Assembly (NCBI GenBank): GCA_015063745.1
Contig: SVTO01000003.1
Coordinates: 3,212 to 67,211, forward strand
From: Oscillospiraceae bacterium
Lineage (GTDB): Bacteria; Bacillota; Clostridia; Oscillospirales; CAG-272
Reading direction: 5' to 3'
Length of the DNA: 64,000 bases
Positions 8,143 through 17,714 of the stretch are shown piece after piece (positions within the stretch are counted from its first letter, which is position 1; each line of letters starts with the position of its first letter). The translations under genes and the position numbers were made by a program. Below the pieces are notes generated by a model, which did no database searches, was not told where the DNA came from, and saw nothing but the letters and a program-made list of their open reading frames with translations.

Positions 8143-9441
8143 TCAAAATTTCTTTAATTCATTTATCTCCGGTGAAGGCAACTGCAGATAACCCCAATTT
8201 TTAGGTCTCCATATCCACTTTTGTTCGGCAGTCAACATGGTTTTCTGAAAACACAGACCAGGTACACAGTCGAGATCGGTATTCCCGCCCTGTTCACTTT
8301 TATTGAAAAACGTATAATATGTTTTGTATTCGGCATCCATAAGCATTGATATATCCAGTTCGACATTCATTTCGACTGTTTCATCTTTCTGCCCGGAATA
8401 AAAATCATATACTATATATGTGCCTATAGCTGTATCTTCGAGATTCAGTATTTCAATTCGCAAGCCGAGTTTCTCAACATCGGTGAGATTTTTCCATTTG
8501 AAATGTAACTTCATTGGTTCATTGCCTTCGAAACTTACGTTGTCTTTTCCGATATAGTCCGCTTCCAGCAATTTGATTCTGTGATAAACTACGAATGACG
8601 GGCGTTTGTATTCTTCATAATTGCGATAGAATGCATCATTCATCTGGCGATCCATATATATGCTGATAGCATCTTCCACATTTCCCTGAAATACGACCTG
8701 TCCTTTGTCAAGTACAACACAACGGTCGCAAAGCTGCCGGATCGTATTCATATTATGGGAAACGTACAGGACGGTTCTTCCGTCCCGGTTGGCGGCATCT
8801 TTCATCTTATCCAGACACTTTTTCTGGAATGCCATATCACCTACCGCAAGAACTTCGTCCATGATCATGATCTCACTGTCCAGATGTGCGGCTACGGAAA
8901 AGGCAAGTTTTACGTACATTCCGCTGGAATATCGTTTTACGGGTGTATCTATAAAATCACGTACTTCCGAAAATTCGATGATATCTTCCAGTTTCGCATC
9001 GATTTCGGCTTTTGTCATACCGAGAATGGCGCCGTTCAGGTAGATGTTCTCACGTCCCGTCATTTGGGGATTGAAGCCGGTACCGACTTCAAGCATGGAG
9101 GAAATACGGCCGTATATATCGATTTCTCCTTCTGTCGGTGCCGTAACACGGGAAAGGAGCTTGAGCATGGTAGACTTCCCTGCTCCGTTACCGCCGATAA
9201 TGCCCAGGGCTTCACCTTGATATACAGTAAGATCTATACCGTTCAGAGCCATAAAGGTTTTTCCGACAAGGCGCTGGTCGGTACCGATCATTGAATTCGG
9301 GTCTTCTTTTCCGCGTATTCTTGCCCATAGACTTTGCAGATCTGCTGTAAGGGTTCCTCCGCCGATTTGTCCGAGCTTGTACATTTTTTTGACGCCGGAC
9401 AGCTGAATGGCAACTTCTCTGTTATTCTGTTTGTTGTTCAT
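8143..9441 (-). CDS. polysaccharide/teichoic-acid ABC exporter ATPase with C-terminal substrate-binding extension (Wzt/TagH type)
   Basis: Start taken at ATG 9441 (MNNKQ, AGGAGG RBS) rather than the longer ORF. Walker A GGNGAGKST, signature YSSGM, Walker B IMIMDE. About 170 aa extend beyond the NBD. Confidence 0.85.
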   Translation of the reverse strand: MNNKQNNREVAIQLSGVKKMYKLGQIGGGTLTADLQSLWARIRGKEDPNSMIGTDQRLVGKTFMALNGIDLTVYQGEALGIIGGNGAGKSTMLKLLSRVTAPTEGEIDIYGRISSMLEVGTGFNPQMTGRENIYLNGAILGMTKAEIDAKLEDIIEFSEVRDFIDTPVKRYSSGMYVKLAFSVAAHLDSEIMIMDEVLAVGDMAFQKKCLDKMKDAANRDGRTVLYVSHNMNTIRQLCDRCVVLDKGQVVFQGNVEDAISIYMDRQMNDAFYRNYEEYKRPSFVVYHRIKLLEADYIGKDNVSFEGNEPMKLHFKWKNLTDVEKLGLRIEILNLEDTAIGTYIVYDFYSGQKDETVEMNVELDISMLMDAEYKTYYTFFNKSEQGGNTDLDCVPGLCFQKTMLTAEQKWIWRPKNWGYLQLPSPEINELKKF

Positions 9442-9452
9442 TTTCAGCCTCC

Positions 9453-10298
9453 TTATACGGTATCCATAAATGTTTTTTCCACGTGGTTGAAAATCATGAT
9501 TCCGACAAGCATTACGACTACCGTGATACCCCATGACAAGGCGTAACTGAACCAGGATACAGTTCCCTGTCCAAGTACGGCATACCGGAACAATTCAACC
9601 GGTGCGGTTACCGGATTTATCATCAGAACGTTTTTCATAAAGCCGTCGGAAAGCTGTGACAGGGGGTAAACGATCGGGGTGGCATACATCCACAGCTGAA
9701 TACCGAAGGTTACTACGATGGAGAGGTCACGGTATTTTGTGGTAAGGCTGGAGATGATGATGCCGCAGCCGAGCGAAAGAATACCAAGATGGAGCAATAC
9801 CAGCGGGATGAGCAGCCAGGACAGCCAATTCGGTGCGACTGCGCCTTTAATCAGGTAGTAGGTCATGAAAAGCAGCACCAGGATCATCTGCACGCCGAAT
9901 TGGATGACGGATTCGAGCACATGGGATATGGGCATTGTCAGGCGGGGGAAATAGACTTTTCCGAATACGCCGGCGTTATTGACGAAGACAGATGCGTTTT
10001 TCGTCAGGCTTGAGGAGAAATAGATCCATATGGCGTTACTGCAGAGGTAGAAAAGCATCTGCGGGATACCGTCTGTGGAAATTCCGGCGATGCCGCCGAA
10101 GACAAAGGCATAAACCATACTGCTGATCAGAGGGTTTAGAAAAATCCAGGCGGGTCCGAGGATGGTTTGTTTGTATGTAACCACGAATGACCGCTTTGTG
10201 AACAACAGGATCAGGTCGCGGTATTTCCAGACTTCACGGAGGTTTAAGTCGAACAGGCTATGATGGGCTGTTATATGGGTATGGTGTTGGCTTGACAT
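9453..10298 (-). CDS. ABC-2 type polysaccharide exporter permease (Wzm/TagG type)
   Basis: Multi-pass hydrophobic protein directly upstream of the ATPase. Start taken at ATG 10298 with a GAGGT RBS; the ORF track's 10322 start is a GTG. Confidence 0.8.
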   Translation of the reverse strand: MSSQHHTHITAHHSLFDLNLREVWKYRDLILLFTKRSFVVTYKQTILGPAWIFLNPLISSMVYAFVFGGIAGISTDGIPQMLFYLCSNAIWIYFSSSLTKNASVFVNNAGVFGKVYFPRLTMPISHVLESVIQFGVQMILVLLFMTYYLIKGAVAPNWLSWLLIPLVLLHLGILSLGCGIIISSLTTKYRDLSIVVTFGIQLWMYATPIVYPLSQLSDGFMKNVLMINPVTAPVELFRYAVLGQGTVSWFSYALSWGITVVVMLVGIMIFNHVEKTFMDTV

Positions 10299-10321
10299 GG
10301 TTACCTCATGTAAAAAATTCA

Positions 10322-11323
10322 CTAAAGCTGTTTTCGATATTTAGAAGGAATACACTCTGGAAAGTATTTTATAAATAATTTATATGCAAGGCCGACATTA
10401 ATTTGTAAAATTATATACGCACATTTTTTCATGCGACATATCGATTTGTTTAATAAAAACTCTAAATACCGTTTTCGCATTAATTTATCAATTCTGAAAT
10501 ATCTAATTCTTTGTGCTTTTTCTTTATAGTTTGTAAATTTGTACAACGAGTAAATTCTAAATAGTGTATCTAAAGCATGATTATACTGTTCGGTACTACG
10601 ATTTTTGAAATAACCCGTAATAAGCAAATGTTCTTCAAGATGGTCACATATTTTTTTTTCATTTAACAATCCTTGTGTTATGCTGTTCTGTCTTATGTAG
10701 TAATAATACAGTGGTATGTCAATCAAGGCTATAGAAGTACTCGCTTCCAAAAGAGATAACGTAATTGAGGTATCTTCGAAATACCTACCAACAGGGAACC
10801 TTATACTATCAAACAATCCTCTTTTATATATTCTCCTCCATACATACCCTAACAAACGCCATACATGATTTGGAAAAAAATCATGTAATAGTTCAGAAGA
10901 ATCATATAAACTGATATGGTGTGTTCCTGACAACTCTGATATTATCTCTGTATCATTTTCATAAACTCTCATAAATTCACACTGAACAATGTCAACCTCA
11001 TAATCTGTAGCAGTTTGATAAAGAGTTTCGTACATTGTCGAATGTACAAAGTCATCACTATCTACGAATCCAATATATTCTCCCTTGGCAATATCAAGTC
11101 CTGCATTCCGGGCCGCTGATAGTCCCTCATTTTCTTTATGAATAACAATAATTCGCGAATCAATTTTTGCATACTCATCACAAATTGTGGGACAGTTGTC
11201 AGGAGAACCATCGTCAACCAATATCAGTTCAAAATCTGTGAACGTCTGCTCAAGGATACTATCAATACAACGGCGCAAGTATAGTTCTACTTTATATACG
11301 GGAACAATAATACTTAATTTCAT
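10322..11323 (-). CDS. glycosyltransferase family 2
   Basis: 333 aa with GT-A N-domain IIVPVYKVELYL..VDDGSPDNC..DSDD. Confidence 0.85.
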   Translation of the reverse strand: MKLSIIVPVYKVELYLRRCIDSILEQTFTDFELILVDDGSPDNCPTICDEYAKIDSRIIVIHKENEGLSAARNAGLDIAKGEYIGFVDSDDFVHSTMYETLYQTATDYEVDIVQCEFMRVYENDTEIISELSGTHHISLYDSSELLHDFFPNHVWRLLGYVWRRIYKRGLFDSIRFPVGRYFEDTSITLSLLEASTSIALIDIPLYYYYIRQNSITQGLLNEKKICDHLEEHLLITGYFKNRSTEQYNHALDTLFRIYSLYKFTNYKEKAQRIRYFRIDKLMRKRYLEFLLNKSICRMKKCAYIILQINVGLAYKLFIKYFPECIPSKYRKQL

Positions 11324-11328
11324 GAGTT

Positions 11329-12504
11329 CTAGCTTTCTATAATATCATAAAGTTTCTGAAGTTCTTTTGTGTTATTATATTCTTCGTTTTTTAGATTTTC
11401 AACGAACTTTTGACGTATTTCGGGGTGGGCGAGGAGTGTTTTTATACCCTCGAAGAGAGCTTCTGGAGTCATTGTGTCTACAATAAGTCCGTTTTCGCCA
11501 CTTACAAATTGTTCACACATCCCCGGAGCGTCGGTAGTTACTATTGGTTTCTGAAGAATTTTAGCTTCTATGGTAGTTGTGCAATACCCTTCCGAAAAAG
11601 AAGGTTGCACATAGATATCGCAGTTTTTTATATAAGGATAAGGATTATTTTTTGTGCCGAGAAGAATTACATGATTGGATACATTGTGTTTTTCGATTTC
11701 CCGCTCGATTTCTTCACGAAGAGGCCCGTCACCTATAAGATACCAATAGATATCGTATCCGGCATCGACAAGCATTCTCGCAGTTGCAGGAATCATTTGT
11801 TGACCTTTTTTATTCGCTAAACGTCCAACCGTCACAATATTTTGTTGTCCATATTTCATCACGTTATGGGATTCCATTGACTTTGTTTTAATTGATAACT
11901 TATCTAATAAATTATAAATAACATGTGTGTTATTGTGGCGTAGATAATAAGTATTAAAATAATTTTTAATACTATGTGAAACACAAATAATATCAGAAAA
12001 TTTTTCAAACAATCTCGTAAATAGTTGAGCATTTCTACCCGTATAATCCCATTCGCCATGAATCCAAGCAATCTTTTTTTTACTGCGCAATCTATTTAAT
12101 GCCACAGACACCACAAGAGGATTGTATGCCTGATAAGCAATAACACAATCAAAAGACTCATCACATAGATTAGGTAAACACTTTTGTGAGTAATATCCAT
12201 TTAAAAGATAATTAGAGTAGTTCAATCTCGCCATAATGCGAAAAAACACCCCATATGCCACACTAAACAACTTAAGTTTTTGTAATTGAGTAAGAATTAA
12301 TTTTTTTGTTGAAATCATGTTCCAATACTCAATTTTGGTATTTGAGTTGATTCTATTTTTCCAAGCGCCAGAATCATTCTCTAAATACAAAGTAACATCA
12401 TATCTTGAATAATCTATGTGTTGTAATAGTTCAATAATTGCTTTTTCTACGCCTCCAACTATCAAAGGTCCCATTACAAATGCGATTTTTCTTTTTGTAT
12501 CCAT
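11329..12504 (-). CDS. glycosyltransferase family 4 (GT-B)
   Basis: 391 aa with C-terminal motif EGYCTTTIEAKILQKPIVTTD..ENGLIV. Confidence 0.8.
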   Translation of the reverse strand: MDTKRKIAFVMGPLIVGGVEKAIIELLQHIDYSRYDVTLYLENDSGAWKNRINSNTKIEYWNMISTKKLILTQLQKLKLFSVAYGVFFRIMARLNYSNYLLNGYYSQKCLPNLCDESFDCVIAYQAYNPLVVSVALNRLRSKKKIAWIHGEWDYTGRNAQLFTRLFEKFSDIICVSHSIKNYFNTYYLRHNNTHVIYNLLDKLSIKTKSMESHNVMKYGQQNIVTVGRLANKKGQQMIPATARMLVDAGYDIYWYLIGDGPLREEIEREIEKHNVSNHVILLGTKNNPYPYIKNCDIYVQPSFSEGYCTTTIEAKILQKPIVTTDAPGMCEQFVSGENGLIVDTMTPEALFEGIKTLLAHPEIRQKFVENLKNEEYNNTKELQKLYDIIES

Positions 12505-12547
12505 TTATAGCCCCTCTAATATATAACTGACCTAATTTGCATTACAT

Positions 12548-13714
12548 TTATTTTCCAAGATAAATCTCCTCAAATTTTGCAAACTTACTGTCATTATTCA
12601 AAATATGCTCCATCCCTGCATTATTTCTGATTTTTTCTACCAAAACAGGGTTGTCAACCAGGTATTTCAGTCCGTTATATAATCCCTCTTCGCTATTTTC
12701 CACGATCCAGCCTGTCTCACCGTGTAACAGTTGTTCGCGTATGCCTGATACATCGGTTGCCAGAACAGCGCATCCGAGCACCTTTGCTTCAACCGTTACA
12801 GTCGGAAAACCCTCCCAACCGGATGGAAGCACGAACAGATCGCAATTTTTCATGTATTTATATGGGTTATCGGTCACTCCGTCGAGATAAACACATTCAT
12901 CAAGACCGAGTTCTTCGATTTTCCGCACAATAGCATCGTATTCAACACCCGTTCCGAGAATATGCCACGAAAAAATATACCCCTGTTCCTTGAGTTTCGC
13001 GAGAATACCAAGAAATCTCAGGTATTTTTTCTGCTCTGTCATTCTACCGACAGACAACATTTTGAAGCATTCCTCTCTATATGAAAAAGCATTGTCCCCT
13101 TTTTCAATAATTGTATCTGTATCAAAAAAGTTATATATTGTATAAGTTTTAGATTCCAATTGCGGATATCTTTTTATGAAATTGATCCGTGCTGATTCCG
13201 CTACACAGATCACTGCATCCAATTTATCGTATTCGGCAACAATGCTGTCGCTTTTCTCCGGGTGTGCCATGTTGGCCACATCAATGTGATACCACTGAAT
13301 ATATTTTTTTGCTTTGATATTCTTGAGTAGAAAAGTCGGCGGTTCTGTTTCGAGGTAGTTTATGGCTACATCATATTTTTTATTTTTATAATGTTTTGCT
13401 GCGAGTTTTTCTGCGAATTGACGATAGCCGACAATCTTGCTGAATGTCAGTTTACAGCATCCGGTTAGTTTTCCTTTCAGAGAAGGATTCGACTTTATCT
13501 GTGCGAGTGAGGCATAGTATTTGTTGGTATATTCACTGCTGCAAATTGCATTGAATTTGACACGGTTGTCAAATTGCGGTTTGAGAAGTCCTTTTTCGTA
13601 GAGTTCAAGTACCTCGACTTCATGCCCGTGTGAAACAAGGTAATTGGCAAAGGAAACGAGTACCTTTTCTGCACCGCCGAATATGAGCTGTGGGATGTAG
13701 ATGAGAAATTTCAT
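12548..13714 (-). CDS. glycosyltransferase family 4 (GT-B)
   Basis: 388 aa with N-terminal GGAEKV and C-terminal EGFPTVTVEAKVLGCAVLATDVSG..ETGWIV. Confidence 0.8.
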   Translation of the reverse strand: MKFLIYIPQLIFGGAEKVLVSFANYLVSHGHEVEVLELYEKGLLKPQFDNRVKFNAICSSEYTNKYYASLAQIKSNPSLKGKLTGCCKLTFSKIVGYRQFAEKLAAKHYKNKKYDVAINYLETEPPTFLLKNIKAKKYIQWYHIDVANMAHPEKSDSIVAEYDKLDAVICVAESARINFIKRYPQLESKTYTIYNFFDTDTIIEKGDNAFSYREECFKMLSVGRMTEQKKYLRFLGILAKLKEQGYIFSWHILGTGVEYDAIVRKIEELGLDECVYLDGVTDNPYKYMKNCDLFVLPSGWEGFPTVTVEAKVLGCAVLATDVSGIREQLLHGETGWIVENSEEGLYNGLKYLVDNPVLVEKIRNNAGMEHILNNDSKFAKFEEIYLGK

Positions 13715-14565
13715 AATCCGATCCTCTTGAGAACTTCTGGGCCGATTTCATAGCTTTTGACATCGTGTTTGGTGATACGTTTTTCTTCTGGATAAGGCTC
13801 ACGCCATTTAGGGCCATAACGATGTTCAAGATCTTTTATCGGTTCGCCGATAGTCATAAGTTCTGTGTCTTCGAAAGGTACCATGATGGGGTTTTCATAA
13901 CTTTCTCGTGGAATGAGATCATTTTCATATCCGCTGACACCTGTATACGGATTCTTCCCGGTATAACTCAGAAGCCCCATGTATTTTGTTTTTTTGTTAT
14001 TATATTGCATAGTCAGAGAGTCGATGATATTGCCGAGCTTCACTCTGTCGATATGAGACAGAAGAGAGAGTGCCTTTGTTGGAATACTTTGGGGAATTAT
14101 CTCTCCCTGTTTGATTTGAACAGCTGCGTCAAAGAACCATATAAGCTTTTGCTGGATTTTTCTCTGCCATCTTTTATCTGGTGCTGAATCGAGTGGCACG
14201 ATATCGACTGCAACTTCGGGATGAAGGTTTTCCGGATCCTCATGATAGTGGATCACCTTCGTTCCAAGAACACGTAAGACCGTGCGGTTATTTTTATATT
14301 TCGGATCTGTTTTATAATTGTGTACGAAATACTTATCCGAATACTGCGCCTGAAGGATCGAAAGAAGCCGATCATAGTCACTACGAGTCAGCGATATATC
14401 CACATCATCGTCCCAGGGGATAAAGCCTTTATGATTAATTGCGCCGAGGAGGGTCCCCGCGTGCAGATAATACCGCAGGCCATTTTCACGGCAGATCTTG
14501 TCGATATCTTTCATTGCGGAGAGCAATACTTTATGTAGTAGCTCGTTACCGTATTCGTTGGTCAT
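13711..14565 (-). CDS. LicD-family phosphotransferase (phosphocholine / polyol-phosphate transfer to glycan)
   Basis: Motif LHAGTLLGAINHKGFIPWDDDVDISL. Start taken at ATG 14565 (MTNEYG), which forms an ATGA overlap with the upstream GT2 stop. Confidence 0.8.
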   Translation of the reverse strand: MTNEYGNELLHKVLLSAMKDIDKICRENGLRYYLHAGTLLGAINHKGFIPWDDDVDISLTRSDYDRLLSILQAQYSDKYFVHNYKTDPKYKNNRTVLRVLGTKVIHYHEDPENLHPEVAVDIVPLDSAPDKRWQRKIQQKLIWFFDAAVQIKQGEIIPQSIPTKALSLLSHIDRVKLGNIIDSLTMQYNNKKTKYMGLLSYTGKNPYTGVSGYENDLIPRESYENPIMVPFEDTELMTIGEPIKDLEHRYGPKWREPYPEEKRITKHDVKSYEIGPEVLKRIGL

Positions 14566-15545
14566 GTTGTTCCTCTTCTTCGCTTTATTCTGATTAAACA
14601 ACGGTATATTCCAAATGGCAGCGTACAGATCATCCACATTCTTATTCTATCGGTTTGAAAGGCAAATTCGATTTTGGGGAAATTCCTTCTAATTTGCTTT
14701 AATTCGGTAATTAATTCTTTTGTTTCGTGAGGATACTTATTGTCAGACAATGCAACTTCGGTCAATGTCCACAGTAATGAAGTCCTGTAACGTGCTGCTG
14801 CCAGTTCGGTGAGTTCCGGGTAGTGCTTACGTATCCATGCGAGATTCTCCCGACAATGACGGTACCATGCGAATTTTTTGGGGGAGAATGACGATGTGGT
14901 TATGGATTCCGGACGTTTGATGTAGTGATAGAATACCTCATTTGTATAAACGACCCGTTCACATTTATCAAGCAGTTGCAGTGCGATCGCTTCATCCTCG
15001 TTGATCTCCCCTACTGGGAAACGGATATTTTCAAAAACTTCTCTTCGATATATTTTATCCCATGCAGACCAAGGATTGGATAGAAAGTGTGATATCGCTG
15101 ACATTTTATCTCGTACCTCGGTAACGTTACTGTTAACATTGGAGGTTTTGGTAATAATGGTACCATTGTCCGTTAACAATTCATCGGCAACACCACCGAT
15201 AGATATTTGTGCTGCGTTGGCTACTGCATTACTGATTAATGTTTCATACATATTGGGTTCTATCCAATCATCACTATCTATGAACGAAATCCAATCGCCG
15301 GTAGCTATATCCAATCCTGCATTACGTGCAGATGAGAGTCCACCGTTCGGTTTATGTACGACAACGACTCTGTTTTCTTTTTCTACGTAGTAATCACAAA
15401 TTGCTGGGCAGTTGTCTGGAGAACCGTCATTAACAAGGATGATCTCAAGATTTGTATAACTTTGTGATAAGATAGATTCCACACATCTACACAGATAAGG
15501 TTCAACTTTATAGACAGGAACTATTACAGAGATTTTTTCATTCAT
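14562..15545 (-). CDS. glycosyltransferase family 2
   Basis: 327 aa with VIVPVYKVEPYL..VNDGSPDNC..DSDD. About 60% identical by eye to the 10322-11323 GT2 over the first 100 aa. Confidence 0.85.
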   Translation of the reverse strand: MNEKISVIVPVYKVEPYLCRCVESILSQSYTNLEIILVNDGSPDNCPAICDYYVEKENRVVVVHKPNGGLSSARNAGLDIATGDWISFIDSDDWIEPNMYETLISNAVANAAQISIGGVADELLTDNGTIITKTSNVNSNVTEVRDKMSAISHFLSNPWSAWDKIYRREVFENIRFPVGEINEDEAIALQLLDKCERVVYTNEVFYHYIKRPESITTSSFSPKKFAWYRHCRENLAWIRKHYPELTELAAARYRTSLLWTLTEVALSDNKYPHETKELITELKQIRRNFPKIEFAFQTDRIRMWMICTLPFGIYRCLIRIKRRRGTT

Positions 15546-15547
15546 TT

Positions 15548-16684
15548 TTACACCAGAATACTTTCGAAGTCTGCAAGTGCATTTTCAAAAGAGATTTTTG
15601 CTTGTGCTTCGGGAATAACTTTTCTGTAACTTTCAAGAATTTCAGGATTTTTTAAAACCGATGATAAACCTTGATAAATAGCTTCCGTGGAATTCTCAAT
15701 GATTATTCCATATTTACCATCCCCCAACCACTCAGCAACTCCGCTACAGTTGGTTGCAATAACTGGAGTCCCGACAACCAAACTTTCTCCTATTACTAAA
15801 GGAAAGGCCTCGTCTCTGGAAGTCAGGAGAAACATATCTGCTTGTTTCAGATATTTATATGGGTTGGATTGATATCCAACTAATTTAATATAAGAAGATA
15901 ATTTTTTGTGGTCAATAAAACTTTCAAGAGTATTTTTTTCTATTCCCTCACCAATAATATATATCCTAAAATTTTTAATTCCATCGTCGATAATACGTTC
16001 ACTTGCCTTAAGAAGTCTGTCAAATCCTTTTTGTTCAACTAAACGTCCTATACACACGATATTTAAACCTTCTGCTTTTGAGAACTTAAATGCCTCGTTT
16101 GATTTATGAATAATTTCAGATACAGGTAAAGGGTTATGTACAACTACAAAAGGATAATCATTTCCGAATTTTTGCTTAAATTTTTCGGCACAGGCATTCG
16201 ATACGGGTACAATCAAATCAAATTTGTCATAAATCGGTTTTGCTGTTTCAGCACTTTTGAATTCTTTGAGCATGGAACCACGTTCGACAACGTCCATATG
16301 AACCCAACAGATCTTTCGTGATTTCTTGTTTGTGCTACCTGATATGACTTTTGCTGCACCGCCATCTGATGCCGCAATCTCAACATCATATCTTCCACGT
16401 ACAAACAGCCGGTAAAGCAACTTCGGAGGAAGATAAGCGATAAGACGAATAATCCCACGAACATAACGTTTGAAAAAGAAAGGAATAACCTTTACATTAG
16501 GATTAACGAGTGACTGACAGTCTCCACCATACATGAAGGTTTGAACTGTAACATCGTATTTATCAGGATCTAGATTGTTTACAATATCAAGAGTAACTTT
16601 TTCTATGCCGCCTTTGTCGAAAGCCTCAAGAAGAAATAATACTTTTCTTTTTATATTTATATCTCTTTTAACAACTGTTCCCAT
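15548..16684 (-). CDS. glycosyltransferase family 4 (GT-B)
   Basis: 378 aa with GGIEKV and DEAFPLVIGESLVVGTPVIATNCSG. Confidence 0.8.
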   Translation of the reverse strand: MGTVVKRDINIKRKVLFLLEAFDKGGIEKVTLDIVNNLDPDKYDVTVQTFMYGGDCQSLVNPNVKVIPFFFKRYVRGIIRLIAYLPPKLLYRLFVRGRYDVEIAASDGGAAKVISGSTNKKSRKICWVHMDVVERGSMLKEFKSAETAKPIYDKFDLIVPVSNACAEKFKQKFGNDYPFVVVHNPLPVSEIIHKSNEAFKFSKAEGLNIVCIGRLVEQKGFDRLLKASERIIDDGIKNFRIYIIGEGIEKNTLESFIDHKKLSSYIKLVGYQSNPYKYLKQADMFLLTSRDEAFPLVIGESLVVGTPVIATNCSGVAEWLGDGKYGIIIENSTEAIYQGLSSVLKNPEILESYRKVIPEAQAKISFENALADFESILV

Positions 16685-17706
16685 TTATTTACGATCATCT
16701 CCTCGTCAAATTTCTCCATATCCAGTACGGCATTTTTTGCAAATTCTGTACGGAGACTCTCATCTTCGATCAATCTGCAAATTCTGTCAGCCATCTTATG
16801 CACATCACCAGATTCGATCAGATAGCCGTTTACACCATCACGAATTACTTCGCTTGGACCGGTTTCAATGTCAAAACTGATAATAGGGAGGCCATGGGAC
16901 TTTGCTTCCAACAGCACCATGGGTAAACCTTCCATCTCAGAAGTGAGCACGTACATAGCTGCTTGTCTGTATTTTGAATCCATATCGCTGACTGATCCGC
17001 AAAAACAGATGTTTTTCTGCATTTTGGCTTCTGCGGTTTTCCGGAGCAGATCTTCTCTTTCGGGCCCGTCTCCGCAGATTACCCATTGCCAGTCAGGATG
17101 TTTTTCAAATATGATCTTTCCTATTGAAACAATCAGGTCAAATCGCTTTATTTTCCCGAGTGCTCCGGCTGATAGAATCGTTTTTGATGCTTCATTGTAC
17201 TCGTTTTCCTGTTTCTTTACAGGATTGGCAATAACGGTCACAGGTACGCATCTCTTAATATTGGTTTCATAATTGTACTTGTCGCGTTCTGTAAGCACGA
17301 CGATGGCACTACTCTTTCTTGCGGCAAATTTCCGCAGGTGTGGAAAGAGTCGGGAATTCCAGTTGTTGTAATAATTGGAATGTTCCCATGTTATTACTTT
17401 TGCCCCGGTGCCGGTCGCTGCGAGTATACCGATATAGCCCATTCCTGTATCAACATTTATGACAACATCTATAGTTTCTTTACGGATAAACTTATGAATC
17501 TCTTGAATTCGAGCAGGAGTTTGGGAGGCTTTTAAAATACTGTGGTACACATTTTCGTCCAACGGGAAGAATAACTGTCCGTGTTGAAAATGCAGGCTTA
17601 TTATTGACACCTTATGTGTTTGGGCCAGATTGGATGAAAGCCAGGCAGTCATGCGTTCCGTACCGCCGCTGCGGGACATATCGCCTTCGAGAAAAAGGAT
17701 GTTCAT
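16657..17706 (-). CDS. glycosyltransferase family 4 (GT-B)
   Basis: EGLPMVLLEAKSHGLPIISFD..VNGYLI. Start taken at ATG 17706 (MNILFLEG) with a GAGGT RBS. Confidence 0.8.
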   Translation of the reverse strand: MNILFLEGDMSRSGGTERMTAWLSSNLAQTHKVSIISLHFQHGQLFFPLDENVYHSILKASQTPARIQEIHKFIRKETIDVVINVDTGMGYIGILAATGTGAKVITWEHSNYYNNWNSRLFPHLRKFAARKSSAIVVLTERDKYNYETNIKRCVPVTVIANPVKKQENEYNEASKTILSAGALGKIKRFDLIVSIGKIIFEKHPDWQWVICGDGPEREDLLRKTAEAKMQKNICFCGSVSDMDSKYRQAAMYVLTSEMEGLPMVLLEAKSHGLPIISFDIETGPSEVIRDGVNGYLIESGDVHKMADRICRLIEDESLRTEFAKNAVLDMEKFDEEMIVNKWEQLLKEI

Positions 17707-17714
17707 TTTTAACC

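Noticed and set aside
9442-9534. N-terminal extensions of several ORF-track entries. Examples: Wzt to 9534, LicD to 14637, phosphoglycosyltransferase to 23728, PglD-like to 23088, NUDIX to 34337, Era to 58208, ATPase from 42542, SGNH from 26296.
   Set aside because: The extensions overlap the upstream gene or a terminator hairpin, lack an RBS, and are not part of the conserved family N-termini. Internal ATG/GTG codons with SD sequences fit better.
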